A stretch of DNA of 64,000 bases from Terriglobia bacterium (GCA_963664115.2 CAXWPJ010000009.1:576001-640000); one strand, 5' to 3'; numbered from the stretch's first letter, positions 29,180-40,276 are shown. Notes: generated from the letters alone by a model not told the origin. Numbers and translations are program-made.

Positions 29180-30634
29180 TCACTTCAGCATGCGCTTCAG
29201 CACCTTTCCGGAAGGTGTTCTGGGCAGATCATCGACGATCTCAATCACCTTCGGCACTTTGTAGTTCGCCACAAGCTCTTTGCAAAAACTGCGCAGCTCG
29301 CGTTCATCGAGCGTGGCACCGTCCTCAACGATCACAAAAGCCTTGGGAACCTCACCACGCACTTCATCAGGCACACCGATCACGGCCACTTCCTTTACTG
29401 AATCGTGCCTTATGAGCGCTTCTTCGATCTCTCTCGGATAAATATTCTCACCTGCAGATATGATGAGCTCCTTCTTCCGGCCGGTGATCGAAACGAAACC
29501 ATCAGCATCTACCTTGCCAAGATCGCCGGTACGCAACCATCCATTCGTGATCGTCTGTGCAGTCTCTTCAGGGAGGTTGTGGTAACCCTCCATGACGTTC
29601 TGGCCCCGGACCATCACCTCACCGACTGTATCCACCCCCAACGGTTCACCGCTCTCGTTCCAGATCGCAACTTCCACGTTGGGTAACGCGCGACCGACCG
29701 TGCCGAGCTTCCGGTCACCCGGAACATTGAGCGTGATTACAGGGGCCGCTTCGGTTTGCCCATAACCCTCGTAGATATCTACGCCGAAGCGGTTTTCGAA
29801 GGCTTCGGCGATCGCAAGCGGAAGAGGCTCACCGCCAGATATGGGGAATCTCAAGGCGCTGACATCGAATTCCTCATCGGAGGCTGCTAACACCCGATAC
29901 ATCGACGGGATCGCCATGAAACACGAGACCCTCTGCTCTTCGATCAGCTTCAGAACCTTGGTCGGTTGGAATCGATCCACCAGGACGGCCTTGCTTCCGT
30001 TCAGGAGGGGCAGGAGAAAGGTTCCCGTAATAGCGTAGGTATGAAAGAAGGGCAGCAGGCACAAAAAGCTGTCGTCGGGATTGAATTTACCTGCGAGTTG
30101 TGAAGACTCGACGTTCGCAATCAAGTTGGCGTGCGAAAGGGTGACACCTTTCGGACGACCCGTGGTGCCCGAAGTGTACAGATAGAGCGCCGGATCCTGA
30201 TCCGCTGCCGGTTCAATTCCCTCAGCTTCGGGAATGAAATCGGGATCATCAGCCATAAGGATTTTTCCGCGATCACCGAATAAAGGCCGGATCTTTCCAA
30301 TCGCTTCGTCAAAAAACCTGGATGCGATCAGAGCGGACATCCCGGAATCCTTGATGATGAAACCCAGGTCCTGGGGCGGCAGAAGATAATTCAAGGGGAC
30401 GGCGGTCTTTCCTGCCTTCCAAATAGAAAGCATAGATATCAGGTACCGCTGGGAATTCAACAGCAGGATTCCGACGACATCACCGGGGACTTCAGACTTC
30501 AGACGCCGAGCGAGGCGATTTACTTCATCACCCAACTCTCCATAAGTCCACGAGCGCCCTGCTTCATCGACGAGCGCGGTGCGGTCCCTGTATTGCCCGA
30601 CTGTGCTATCGAATTGTTCAGATAAGAAAGGCAT
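29180..30634 (-). CDS. Long-chain fatty acid--CoA ligase (AMP-binding)
   Basis: YTSGTTGRPKG, EGYGQTE, TGDLG, PRTPSGKV. Confidence 0.9.
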   Translation of the reverse strand: MPFLSEQFDSTVGQYRDRTALVDEAGRSWTYGELGDEVNRLARRLKSEVPGDVVGILLLNSQRYLISMLSIWKAGKTAVPLNYLLPPQDLGFIIKDSGMSALIASRFFDEAIGKIRPLFGDRGKILMADDPDFIPEAEGIEPAADQDPALYLYTSGTTGRPKGVTLSHANLIANVESSQLAGKFNPDDSFLCLLPFFHTYAITGTFLLPLLNGSKAVLVDRFQPTKVLKLIEEQRVSCFMAIPSMYRVLAASDEEFDVSALRFPISGGEPLPLAIAEAFENRFGVDIYEGYGQTEAAPVITLNVPGDRKLGTVGRALPNVEVAIWNESGEPLGVDTVGEVMVRGQNVMEGYHNLPEETAQTITNGWLRTGDLGKVDADGFVSITGRKKELIISAGENIYPREIEEALIRHDSVKEVAVIGVPDEVRGEVPKAFVIVEDGATLDERELRSFCKELVANYKVPKVIEIVDDLPRTPSGKVLKRMLK

Positions 30635-30722
30635 ACGACCTCAGCAGGGGCGGAGTATAACACGAGAAAACCCATGCCAGTTGGGGTTCCCGCAGCCCCT
30701 GCGTGAAGGGGGGGGGCTTCTC

Positions 30723-31118
30723 TCAGGAACTCTCCGAAATCGGCGGATGGTAGATAAGCTGGATCAGGATTTGGTCAGGATCGTGGAAATAGAAAGACCG
30801 GGCTCCGTCGCGATGAGTCTTCGGAGGCTTGACCAACCGAATGCCTTGATCCTTGAGGCGCAACGCCCAGACATCGACGTCCTCTGCGGAGAGAACGGCA
30901 AAGCCGACGTGGCCGAGTGTCTGGACTTCGCCGGGTTCACGATCGGGAGGTAGCTGATGGAGCGCGAGGTTGTCGGATCCCGAGGTCAGATAGACGTTTT
31001 CCTCGTCCGGCTTCCACTCCAGTTCCATGCCCAAAACATCACGATAGAATGCCAGTGAGCGGCCCACATCCCGGACATAGAGCGCCACGTGCCGGAGGCC
31101 TATGAAGTGGGGGCTCAT
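30723..31118 (-). CDS. VOC/glyoxalase family protein
   Basis: LRHVALYV...FYRDVLG...HVGF...FYFHDPD. Confidence 0.88.
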   Translation of the reverse strand: MSPHFIGLRHVALYVRDVGRSLAFYRDVLGMELEWKPDEENVYLTSGSDNLALHQLPPDREPGEVQTLGHVGFAVLSAEDVDVWALRLKDQGIRLVKPPKTHRDGARSFYFHDPDQILIQLIYHPPISESS

Positions 31119-31280
31119 TGACTTGGCCTCACCGCCAACACTACAATTGTTCCCCTCGTCATCAGACACGCGAGTGTAGCATACGCAGCCGAGGGCAAGT
31201 TGGCCGCCAGGAACCCGCCCCGCACTGCTGAGGTCACGACGAATGCCGTCTTCAAAAACGAATGGAACTTGTCCACAGCC

Positions 31281-32561
31281 ATGAGTCTCAAAAAATCGAG
31301 AAAACCCTATAAGGTTGAGCAGTTGAACGCCTGGCGAATGCATAGCCAATGGCTCGATCGCCCGTTCAAAGGGCGCAATCTCCTCGACCTGGTCCGCTCG
31401 GTCGGATGGATTCACGCCCCCGGCTGTTCCTCCCCGTACCTCTCCCTCTGGGCACGATCGGCTAAGTTCCAGCCCGCAAGCCTGGACCGTCTCGTCTTTA
31501 AGGAGCAGAAGCTCGTCCGATTGGAAACGCTGCGCGGTTGCACCATGCTCGTACCCCGCGAACACGCGCCTATCGCACTCCGCGTGCGGAGCCGCACCTT
31601 CACCGACCTGGCCAGGGATGCCCGCGCTCTGCTGCCCATCAACGAGAAGGAACTCGATCAGCTCAAACGCGCGGTCATCCGCGCGATGGAAAGCGGTTTA
31701 ACAACCCGCGACAAAATCCGCGACACCGTGCCATCGCACCTTGTTCGAGACTTTCCCTTGCGTTTGAAACGGATTGGCCTGACAGAAAGTGTTTCGCTAG
31801 CGATTCGCCTTTTGGAGGAGGACGGACGAATCGTCAAGGTACAGTCCATCAAACAACTGAATTCGAGCGATTACACGTATCAGTTGCTGTCCAACGTCCT
31901 GCCCGAAGTTGATCCGTTTGAGCTGAAGACCGAGATCGCCAATATCGAACTCGCCAGACTTTATTTCCGGTCCGAAGGGCCAGCTCGAATCAAAGACTTC
32001 GCCTGGTGGGCCGGGATCAACATGACAGACGCGATCCGTGCCGCCGAGGCGGTCCAACCGGGTCTTGAACCCATCAAGGTCGCCCATAGCAAAGACGAAT
32101 TCTTTTTGAGCGGAAGCGACCTTGAGGAATTCGCCGACTTCACCCCAGACGACTCCACGGTGAACCTGATCCCGTATCGCGATATCTATCTGAAGGGGCA
32201 ACGGGAAGTAGTAGATCGCTACGTAAGCTCCGATCACTCTGACAAACCATTCACCCGGTGGCGGGGGAAGCTCATGAACGATCCCATCGCAACGGTGATC
32301 CGGAACGGCCAGGTCGTCGGCGTCTGGGAATGGGATTCCAAAGCCCAGGGGACTTTGAACTTCGAGCTCTTCGAGAAAGGTATCGCGAAAGCAGATCTCG
32401 GCCGGATCTCCAAGCGTGCTGCTGAGCTTGGCCGGTTCATTAGAAAAAACCTGAAAGACGGCCGCCTGCAGGGGACCGATTCCAACCGGCAAATGACTCG
32501 AATCAGCGACTTGAAAACATACTGGGGTCAGGGAGCCGAGGCGGATGTCCCTGCCGTTTGA
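31281..32561 (+). CDS. AlkZ/YcaQ-like (HTH_42) winged-helix DNA glycosylase family protein
   Basis: PYLSLWAR, LRGCTMLVP, YFRSEGPARIKDFAWWAG, GQVVGVW. Confidence 0.8.
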   Translation: MSLKKSRKPYKVEQLNAWRMHSQWLDRPFKGRNLLDLVRSVGWIHAPGCSSPYLSLWARSAKFQPASLDRLVFKEQKLVRLETLRGCTMLVPREHAPIALRVRSRTFTDLARDARALLPINEKELDQLKRAVIRAMESGLTTRDKIRDTVPSHLVRDFPLRLKRIGLTESVSLAIRLLEEDGRIVKVQSIKQLNSSDYTYQLLSNVLPEVDPFELKTEIANIELARLYFRSEGPARIKDFAWWAGINMTDAIRAAEAVQPGLEPIKVAHSKDEFFLSGSDLEEFADFTPDDSTVNLIPYRDIYLKGQREVVDRYVSSDHSDKPFTRWRGKLMNDPIATVIRNGQVVGVWEWDSKAQGTLNFELFEKGIAKADLGRISKRAAELGRFIRKNLKDGRLQGTDSNRQMTRISDLKTYWGQGAEADVPAV

Positions 32562-32856
32562 GATCGATCGAACCGAAGCATCCTATTGGTGGCGCACTAA
32601 CGTAATCGCAGGTGTGATTCTCCACCGCTTGATGTGGCTCTTCATTGCGGCTTCGGCCGCTCTGGTCTGGCAAAGTTATCAGGTACTGGGTTTCCTCGTC
32701 GTCCTGGGAATGATTCCCTACGGGTTTTTTCTCCGATTTCTCTCCGCACGGGCCTGTTCAAATTTTCTCGAAGAACATCCCGAAACCATCGATGAATTCA
32801 TAGAAAACAGAGTTATTACGCGTGCGGGGACTGACGATTCCGTTCCTGAGCGGTGA
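32545..32856 (+). CDS. Small two-TM hypothetical protein
   Basis: Overlaps upstream stop; two hydrophobic segments. Confidence 0.55.
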   Translation: MSLPFEIDRTEASYWWRTNVIAGVILHRLMWLFIAASAALVWQSYQVLGFLVVLGMIPYGFFLRFLSARACSNFLEEHPETIDEFIENRVITRAGTDDSVPER

Positions 32857-32964
32857 CCTGACCATCGTCAACGAGTTCGCGCCGTGGACGGAGTAGTCTG
32901 TCCCATCTTCTTTACACCTGCCCATTTGTTGCGAGGATTCGCCAATTCTGGATATGATGGGTCC

Positions 32965-34827
32965 ATGGAGCGAAAACACTACCCCATAGCTGTGTTGATC
33001 CTCGCCATAGTCGCCATATCCTCGATGGCTCTGGGCTCTCTCGTCCGAACACCCGTAGAGACAACGCCAAGCACACACCTGCTTGCGGCTAACGGCTTAT
33101 CGACAAACCAGTACATGGATCACGTCCGGTTCCTGGCGGATCCTGCAATGGAAGGCCGCGGAAACGGTGCGCCCGGATTGGAAGACGCAGCGGAGTATCT
33201 GGCAGCCCAGTTCCGCGCTTGGGGACTGCGCCCTGCCGGCGAGAACGGAACGTACTTCCAGACCTTTGAGTTGACAACCGAAACTGAACTGGGACCGGCC
33301 AGTCGGTTGACCCTTGGAGAACGGAACCTCCTTCCAGGAGACGAGTTCCAGTCGGTCCGGTTCTCAACGCCCGCCAATGTCGGGGGTTCCCTGGTCTTCG
33401 TCGGTTACGGCATCACGGCGCCTGAAATGCATTGGGACGACTACGACGGGGTCGATGTCACCGGCAAGATCGTGGTGGTTTTTCGCCACGAACCTCAGGA
33501 ACAGGACGAGGACAGCCCATTTAACGGCACGGCGTTTACCTCCCACGCGTCGCTGATGAACAAAGCGATCAACGCCAGGCAACATGGAGCGGCCGGCATC
33601 GTGTTCATTCTGGACCCGAACAACCACGGAAGCGATGAAGAGGCGATCGTGGCGACCGCGACAGGCACTGCGACAGACAACTCCGGCATTGCGGCCGCGT
33701 ATGCGCGCGCGGAACCCGTGCTGTCCTATTTCGAAGCCGGAGGCTTCGATTTGCGTCAGATGCAGCGCGAGATCGATACCCAACTGGAATCCCGTTCGTT
33801 CGAATTCGCTGGCAGCACGGCGAACCTGACGACGGATATCCTTCGGATTCGAAAGCCCGTGCGTAATGTCTTAGCGGCCATCGACGGTTCGGACCCGGAG
33901 CTGAGGAATGAATGGGTCATCGCCGGAGCGCACTACGACCATCTGGGTCTGGACGGAGAGTTTTCCCTGGCCCGCGATGGGAACGGCCAGATACACCACG
34001 GAGCCGATGACAATGCGTCGGGTACCGCAGGCATTCTGGAGTTGGCACGGATTGCAGGACGAAATAAGGACTCTTTCAAGCGTTCGGTCCTGCTGATGGC
34101 GTTCGCGGGCGAGGAAGTAGGACTGCGTGGATCCAGCCACTTCGTCGCCGAACCCACGATCGATATCGAGAATGCCGTCGCCATGTTGAATCTGGACATG
34201 ATCGGACGGTTAAGAGATGACCATGTCTATGTGAGCGGTGTCGGAACCTCTCCAGATTTCAGGACAGCTTTGGAAGAACTCAACGAATCCGTCGGCCTGT
34301 CGCTGGACTATTCCAGTTCGGGAATGGGGGCCAGTGACCACATGTCGTTCAACATCAAAAAGATTCCCGTTCTCTTTTTCTTCTCGGGCCTCCACAGCGA
34401 CTACCATCAGCCATCGGACACGGCAGACAAGATCAATGCGGACGGAGCACGCAAGGTCCTGATGCTCGCCTACCAGATGCTGGGGCGTTTGGCCGCAGAG
34501 GTCGAACGACCTCTCTACACGGAGGTTTCAGAGCCCCGACCGGTCACTGGGAGTGGCGGGGGATATGGCCCGTACTTCGGGTCGGTTCCCGACTTTCGGG
34601 ACGACCTGGGCGGCGTCCTGTTTGCAGACATCAGTCCGGCGAGTCCCGCCGAGGAGGCCGGCTTCAGGGCCGGAGACCTCATGGTCGAATTCAACGGCAA
34701 GCAGATTCAAAACCTATATGACTTCACCTATGCGTTACAGGCCGAGGCACCCGGAAATACAGTAACCGTCGTTGTCGAACGGGACGGTGAGCCGATGAGC
34801 GCTGAGGTCACCCTGGGGACACGTTAA
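32965..34827 (+). CDS. M28 peptidase with PA and PDZ domains
   Basis: AHYDHLG, GADDNASG, GEEVGLRGS, SDH, DYHQPSD, C-terminal PDZ. Confidence 0.9.
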   Translation: MERKHYPIAVLILAIVAISSMALGSLVRTPVETTPSTHLLAANGLSTNQYMDHVRFLADPAMEGRGNGAPGLEDAAEYLAAQFRAWGLRPAGENGTYFQTFELTTETELGPASRLTLGERNLLPGDEFQSVRFSTPANVGGSLVFVGYGITAPEMHWDDYDGVDVTGKIVVVFRHEPQEQDEDSPFNGTAFTSHASLMNKAINARQHGAAGIVFILDPNNHGSDEEAIVATATGTATDNSGIAAAYARAEPVLSYFEAGGFDLRQMQREIDTQLESRSFEFAGSTANLTTDILRIRKPVRNVLAAIDGSDPELRNEWVIAGAHYDHLGLDGEFSLARDGNGQIHHGADDNASGTAGILELARIAGRNKDSFKRSVLLMAFAGEEVGLRGSSHFVAEPTIDIENAVAMLNLDMIGRLRDDHVYVSGVGTSPDFRTALEELNESVGLSLDYSSSGMGASDHMSFNIKKIPVLFFFSGLHSDYHQPSDTADKINADGARKVLMLAYQMLGRLAAEVERPLYTEVSEPRPVTGSGGGYGPYFGSVPDFRDDLGGVLFADISPASPAEEAGFRAGDLMVEFNGKQIQNLYDFTYALQAEAPGNTVTVVVERDGEPMSAEVTLGTR

Positions 34828-35942
34828 TGCTTCATATTGACAGGCGATTGATGGTAGCGGCTGTGGGATTGCTCCTGGCTGCATGCGGGACGACCGGTGA
34901 GCTCGATGATCAACCTGCCAGCACCGATCCGGGACCTGCGAGCTCGCCTGCCACCGCCCGGGCAGTTGAGCCTCACCCGGATGAAATCCACATTCAGAAT
35001 CCGAGACAACTGACCTTCGGCGGAGAGAACGCGGAGGCTTACTTTTCTTCGAACGGCGAGGACATCATCTTTCAATCCACACGCGACGCCAACCGGTGTG
35101 ACCAGCAGTACACAATGAAGACGGACGGGTCCGATCTGAGGCGGGTCAGCACGGGTGAAGGACGCACCACCTGCGGATACTACACGCCGGACGGGTTGAC
35201 GATCATCTACGCGTCGACTCATCTGGGAGCGCCGGAATGTCCGCCTGTTCCCGACCAATCGCTGGGTTACGTGTGGCCACTGTACCGCTCGTTCGACATC
35301 TTTGCGGCGAACGCGGACGGCACAGGCCTCCGCCGACTCACTGATGCCGATGGATACGACGCCGAGGGAACGGTCTCTCCCGACGGCGAGAAAATAGTCT
35401 TCACCTCGACACGAGACGGTGACCTCGACATCTACACGATGAATCTCGATGGCAGCGAGCAGACCCGATTGACCGATGAACTCGGTTATGACGGGGGCCC
35501 GTTCTTCTCGCCCGACAGTCAGTGGATCGTCTACCGGGCCAGTCATCCCACCGACTCCGGAGAAGTCGCTCAATATGAAGAATTGATAGCACAGGACCTG
35601 GTCCAGCCGGACAATCTCGAAGTCTGGATCATGAGGGCGGACGGGAGCGAAAAGCGCCAGATAACCTCTTATGGAGGCGCCAACTGGGCGCCGTATTTCC
35701 ATCCGAGCGGTGAAAAGATCATTTTCGCGTCAGATATGGACAACTTGAGCCCGCGAGTTCCCAACTTCGAGCTCTATATGGTCAATATCGACGGCACGGG
35801 CCTCGAGCGTCTGACCTTCGATGACTCATTCGACGGATTCCCCATTTTCAGCGCGGACGGCTCGCAGCTGTTATGGGCATCGAATCGATTTGCCGAGAAT
35901 GAGGGCAACACGAACGTTTTCATAGCCGACTGGGTGGAATAG
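34827..35942 (+). CDS. TolB-like beta-propeller (PD40) lipoprotein
   Basis: Lipobox LAAC; repeated SPDG..I.F.S.R.G units. Confidence 0.85.
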   Translation: MLHIDRRLMVAAVGLLLAACGTTGELDDQPASTDPGPASSPATARAVEPHPDEIHIQNPRQLTFGGENAEAYFSSNGEDIIFQSTRDANRCDQQYTMKTDGSDLRRVSTGEGRTTCGYYTPDGLTIIYASTHLGAPECPPVPDQSLGYVWPLYRSFDIFAANADGTGLRRLTDADGYDAEGTVSPDGEKIVFTSTRDGDLDIYTMNLDGSEQTRLTDELGYDGGPFFSPDSQWIVYRASHPTDSGEVAQYEELIAQDLVQPDNLEVWIMRADGSEKRQITSYGGANWAPYFHPSGEKIIFASDMDNLSPRVPNFELYMVNIDGTGLERLTFDDSFDGFPIFSADGSQLLWASNRFAENEGNTNVFIADWVE

Positions 35943-35951
35943 GAGAACGAA

Positions 35952-36170
35952 ATGCCATTGTTTGAATATGTTTGTGGTGAGTGCGGAAGCAAATTCGAAA
36001 AAATCGTCCGTACCCACACCGCGTCCGTTGAATGTGTCAGTTGCAATAGCGTGAAGGTCGAACGTCAGTTGTCCGTCTTCGCCGTCGCTAGCGGTGGCAC
36101 TGAAAGTGCCCCTGCTGAATTCTGCGGACCCTGTGGAATGCCCGGACCGGGCTGCGGAAGCGTCAATTAA
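35952..36170 (+). CDS. FmdB-family zinc-ribbon protein
   Basis: MPLFEYVCGECG..FE...CVSC. Confidence 0.85.
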   Translation: MPLFEYVCGECGSKFEKIVRTHTASVECVSCNSVKVERQLSVFAVASGGTESAPAEFCGPCGMPGPGCGSVN

Positions 36171-36303
36171 GAAAGTGACTCCAGGTCAGTGACACCCAAG
36201 ATTTCCGAACTCACCACGCGTCACTGGTCGCGCGTCACTCCGGCCGGTAGGCCCCCGACTCGAAGGGAACATTGCTTCTTGCGCGTGTGCTAAACTCCAG
36301 CTC

Positions 36304-39162
36304 ATGCAGGATTTAGCGCGCCGACTGCAGGAGAGAATCTCTGGTGAGGTCCGTTTCGATCCGGCCTCGCGTTTCCTCTACAGCACCGACGCCAGCATCT
36401 ACGAGATCGAACCGATCGGCGTCGTCATCCCCAGAAACCTTGAAGACATACTTGCGACTGCCGAGGTCGCGGCCGAGTTCGGCGTCCCCGTACTGCCTCG
36501 GGGCGGAGGGACCAGCCTCGCCGGCCAGACCGTCGGTCACGCCGTCGTCATCGACTTCTCGAAGTACTTGAATCGCGTTCTCGAAGTAAACACCGAGGAA
36601 GGTTGGGCATGGGTCGAACCCGGGGTCGTCCAGGAACAGTTCAACAAGCACCTGCACCCGATGGGATTCCTCTTCGGGCCCGACACCTCGACGGCAAGCC
36701 GCGCAACCATAGGCGGCATGATGGGAAACAACTCCGCCGGGTCACACTCGATCGTATATGGCAAGACGGTCGATCACGTTCTCGAAGTCGACGCCGTCCT
36801 GGCTTCCGGGGAGCGCCGGATCTTCAAGGAGATGGACTTCGAACATGCTCGCCGGAAGGGCGGTTTAGAAGGACGGATTGCCGACATCATCGATACGAAC
36901 AGAAGTGAGATCGAACGGCGATTTCCAAGCCTCATGCGCCGGGTCAGTGGATACAACCTCGACGAATTTTGCCGAAACGGGAAATTCAACCTGGCCAAGC
37001 TGCTGGTGGGTTCGGAAGGAACCCTGGCTCTGGTCAACCGCGCCAAGGTCCGGATCGAACCCCGGCCCAAGGCGACGGCATTGATGGCTGTCCATTTCAG
37101 CGACATCGTAGATTCGATTCGAGCAACTCAGTCCATTCTTCCTCTCGACCCGTCGGCGGTTGAGCTCATCGACGACGTCATCCTGAACCTCGCGAGGGGA
37201 TCACTGGAGTTCTCACGGCAGATCGGTTTCATCGAAGGCCGCCCCGGCGCGATTCTGCTGGTCGAATTTTACGGAGAAAACAGAAAAGAACTCGAAGCAC
37301 GCCTGGATCAACTTGAGAGCATACTCAAACGCGACGGGCTCGGCTATGCCTATCCCCGTTCGTTGGAAGCAGCCGGCCAGGCTGCGATGTGGAAGGTGCG
37401 CAAAGCGGGCCTCGGACTCCTCCTCGGCATGAAGGGCGAACGGAAACCGATCGCGTTCGTGGAAGACTGCGCAGTGGAACCCGATCAACTGCCTGAGTTT
37501 TTCAGTCGCTTTCGCTCCGTAGTGGACAAGTACGAAACCAACGCCGGTTATTACGGCCATGCCAGCGTGGGTTGCCTGCATATTCGCCCTCTGATAAACA
37601 CGAAGCTGTCCTCTGAAATCCGGAAAATGAAGGACATGACGAACGAGATTGCCGATCTGGTCATGGAGTTTGGCGGCGCCATGAGCGGTGAACATGGCGA
37701 TGGGCTCGCTCGAAGCCACCTGAATAAGAAGCTTTTCGGACCTCAGATATACCGTGCGTTCCAGCAAGTGAAGCGGGCCTTCGATCCTCTGAACCGGATG
37801 AACCCCGGGAAAATCGTAAACGCTCCCGAAATGGATCAAAACCTCCGTTACGGAGAGGCCTATGAAACGATCACGGTAAGCACGCATTACGACTTCACGA
37901 GAGAAGGCGGGTTCGCCACAGCTATCGAACTGTGCAATGGCAACGGCGCGTGCCGCAAGACGGGGGAAGGCACGATGTGCCCCTCCTACATGGTCACGCG
38001 TGAGGAGGAACACTCTACCCGGGGCCGGGCAGATCTGATGCGGGCCGTGCTTTCCGGAAAACTGGAAGAGCGGGAACTGTCGGGACAGATGCTCTACGAC
38101 GCCCTGGACCTTTGCCTCGAATGCAAGGCCTGCAAAGCCGAATGCCCGTCGAACGTGGACATGGCCAAATTGAAGTATGAATTCCTGGCGCGGCACAACG
38201 ACACCCACGGCACCCCCCTGCGTTCACTTTTGTTCGCCCACATTCACCGTCTCAACCGGGCCGCCTCCTGGTGGCCGGCCGCAGCGAATCAAATGATTAA
38301 GAGCCCGACTCTCCGGAGATTTCTGGAGCGGGTCTTGGGAATTGATGCCCGAAGGCAGCTTCCTGCGTTCGCAGATGAAACATTCGAAGCATGGTTCCGG
38401 AAGCGCCCCGTCCAGACGACAACTGGAAGTGCTCCCGTAGGCCGAGTGGTCTTGTTCCACGATACGTTCATGAACTTCAACCATCCAGAAGTCGGTCGAG
38501 CCACCATACAATTGCTTGAGGCCGCCGGTTACGAAGTGCAGCTCGCGGATCGGGTATGCTGCGGTCGACCGATGATTTCGAAAGGCCTGGCCGAAACAGC
38601 CCGCTCCCATGCCGCTCACAACGTGCGCGAATTTCTCGGGTGGGTCGACGCAGGTTATACGATCGTAGGTTGCGAACCGAGTTGCATTCTCACCTTCCGG
38701 GACGAATACAAGGATTTACTCCAGGGAGACTCCGTTCAGAAAGTTGCTGATGCCTGTTTGCTCCTGGACGAGTTCATTGACCGGGAAACACGTGAAGGGC
38801 GATGGCGACTCGAATTCGGTCCCTCCCGTGAAAAAGCCCTGCTTCATACGCACTGCCACCAGAAGGCCCTGGTTGGAAGTGCTCACCTGATTCGCATGCT
38901 CGGCGCCGCATACGAAGTATCCGAAGTCGATTCCGGTTGCTGTGGCATGGCGGGCTCATTCGGTTACGAAAAGGAGCACTACGACCTGTCGCTCCAGGTC
39001 GGTCAACGACGCCTGCTACCCGCAATTCAAAACGTCCCCGATGCCGTCGTCATAACGCCAGGAATCTCATGCCGCCAACAAATCCAGGACACAACAGGCC
39101 GACGTGCCCTGCATCCGGCGGAAGCACTCGTCCGAGCCTTGGAAAACAGCGCAGTCTCATAA
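36304..39162 (+). CDS. FAD-binding and (Fe-S)-binding oxidoreductase (GlcD/GlcF-type fusion)
   Basis: PRGGGTSLAGQ, GSEGTL, GEHGDG, CLECKACKAECP, CCG domains. Confidence 0.92.
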   Translation: MQDLARRLQERISGEVRFDPASRFLYSTDASIYEIEPIGVVIPRNLEDILATAEVAAEFGVPVLPRGGGTSLAGQTVGHAVVIDFSKYLNRVLEVNTEEGWAWVEPGVVQEQFNKHLHPMGFLFGPDTSTASRATIGGMMGNNSAGSHSIVYGKTVDHVLEVDAVLASGERRIFKEMDFEHARRKGGLEGRIADIIDTNRSEIERRFPSLMRRVSGYNLDEFCRNGKFNLAKLLVGSEGTLALVNRAKVRIEPRPKATALMAVHFSDIVDSIRATQSILPLDPSAVELIDDVILNLARGSLEFSRQIGFIEGRPGAILLVEFYGENRKELEARLDQLESILKRDGLGYAYPRSLEAAGQAAMWKVRKAGLGLLLGMKGERKPIAFVEDCAVEPDQLPEFFSRFRSVVDKYETNAGYYGHASVGCLHIRPLINTKLSSEIRKMKDMTNEIADLVMEFGGAMSGEHGDGLARSHLNKKLFGPQIYRAFQQVKRAFDPLNRMNPGKIVNAPEMDQNLRYGEAYETITVSTHYDFTREGGFATAIELCNGNGACRKTGEGTMCPSYMVTREEEHSTRGRADLMRAVLSGKLEERELSGQMLYDALDLCLECKACKAECPSNVDMAKLKYEFLARHNDTHGTPLRSLLFAHIHRLNRAASWWPAAANQMIKSPTLRRFLERVLGIDARRQLPAFADETFEAWFRKRPVQTTTGSAPVGRVVLFHDTFMNFNHPEVGRATIQLLEAAGYEVQLADRVCCGRPMISKGLAETARSHAAHNVREFLGWVDAGYTIVGCEPSCILTFRDEYKDLLQGDSVQKVADACLLLDEFIDRETREGRWRLEFGPSREKALLHTHCHQKALVGSAHLIRMLGAAYEVSEVDSGCCGMAGSFGYEKEHYDLSLQVGQRRLLPAIQNVPDAVVITPGISCRQQIQDTTGRRALHPAEALVRALENSAVS

Positions 39163-39163
39163 G

Positions 39164-40276
39164 ATGTCAAATCTCATACAAGGAACAGCCACACTTGAAG
39201 GGACCGCCAGATTCGCGGACCGGTTCCCCAGAGCGGCTCCCGGGCATTTCCGGAAAAGCCTGGGACTGACGCTGGCGTCTATTGGAGTGGGCACGTATCT
39301 GGGAGAAGCCGATAGACGGACAGACGAGCTCTATAAGCAATCGATTGTACGAGCGGTTCAAATGGGCTCCAACGTGATCGATTCGGCGATCAACTATCGA
39401 TATCAGAGAAGCGAAAGAGCGATTTGCGCCGCGCTAAAAGATCTTCAAAAGGATGGATTCAGACGGGAGGAATTGATCATTGCAACCAAAGCCGGATTTT
39501 TGAGTTTCGACGGCGAACCGCCGTCCGACCCCAGCGAGTATTTCGAAAAAACGTATCTGAATTCCGGGTTACTTTCTCCAGGTGATATCGCCGCAGGCTC
39601 CCACTCAATCGCGCCAGCTTATCTTGAAAACCAGTTGAATCGCAGCCTCGAAAACCTTGGATTGGAAACCATCGATGTTTTCTACATTCACAACCCTGAG
39701 ATTCAGCTTGAAGAGATTGAAATCCAGGAATTTTCCAAACGATTGCACAGTGCCTTCGAGTTTCTCGAAACGGCGGTAGAGGCCGGTAAAATTCTGATGT
39801 ACGGAACCGCGACCTGGAACGCTTACAGGACCGCACCAGATTCCCGCGGCTTCTTGAACCTCTCCGACATTGCTCAATGGGCACGTGACGTTGGGGGACA
39901 GGATCATCACTTCGGCGCCATTCAACTCCCGTACAGTCTTGCGATGAGGGAGGCGTTCGCGCTGAGAAATCAGAAGGTCGGGAACACGCTTGTCTCAACG
40001 CTGGAAGCGGCCCACGAACTGGGCATCACCGTCATGGCGAGCGCATCAATGCATCAGGCTCGCTTAACCCGAAATCTGCCTGAGTTCCTGGGCAGGCATT
40101 TGCCGAACCTCGCCACAGATGCTCAGCGCGCGATCCAGTTCGCCCGGTCGACACCAGGAATCACAAGCGCCCTAGTCGGTATGAGCCGTCCCAACCACGT
40201 CGAAGAAAACCTCCGGTTGGTAGAAATTCCCCCTGTTCCCGCGGACAGTATTCAAAACCTGGTCAATGCTGCGTAA
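39164..40276 (+). CDS. Aldo/keto reductase
   Basis: IGVGT, IDSAINY, IIATK, SLENLGLETIDVFYIH. Confidence 0.88.
   Translation: MSNLIQGTATLEGTARFADRFPRAAPGHFRKSLGLTLASIGVGTYLGEADRRTDELYKQSIVRAVQMGSNVIDSAINYRYQRSERAICAALKDLQKDGFRREELIIATKAGFLSFDGEPPSDPSEYFEKTYLNSGLLSPGDIAAGSHSIAPAYLENQLNRSLENLGLETIDVFYIHNPEIQLEEIEIQEFSKRLHSAFEFLETAVEAGKILMYGTATWNAYRTAPDSRGFLNLSDIAQWARDVGGQDHHFGAIQLPYSLAMREAFALRNQKVGNTLVSTLEAAHELGITVMASASMHQARLTRNLPEFLGRHLPNLATDAQRAIQFARSTPGITSALVGMSRPNHVEENLRLVEIPPVPADSIQNLVNAA

Noticed and set aside
36174-36242. AGTGAC/GTCACT inverted motifs after the FmdB gene
   Set aside because: Short and degenerate; cannot be separated from ordinary intergenic structure
37213-38208. 331-aa minus-strand ORF and similar long antisense ORFs (34824-35702, 44098-45015, 58976-59845)
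   Set aside because: Shadows of well-supported genes on the opposite strand in GC-rich DNA
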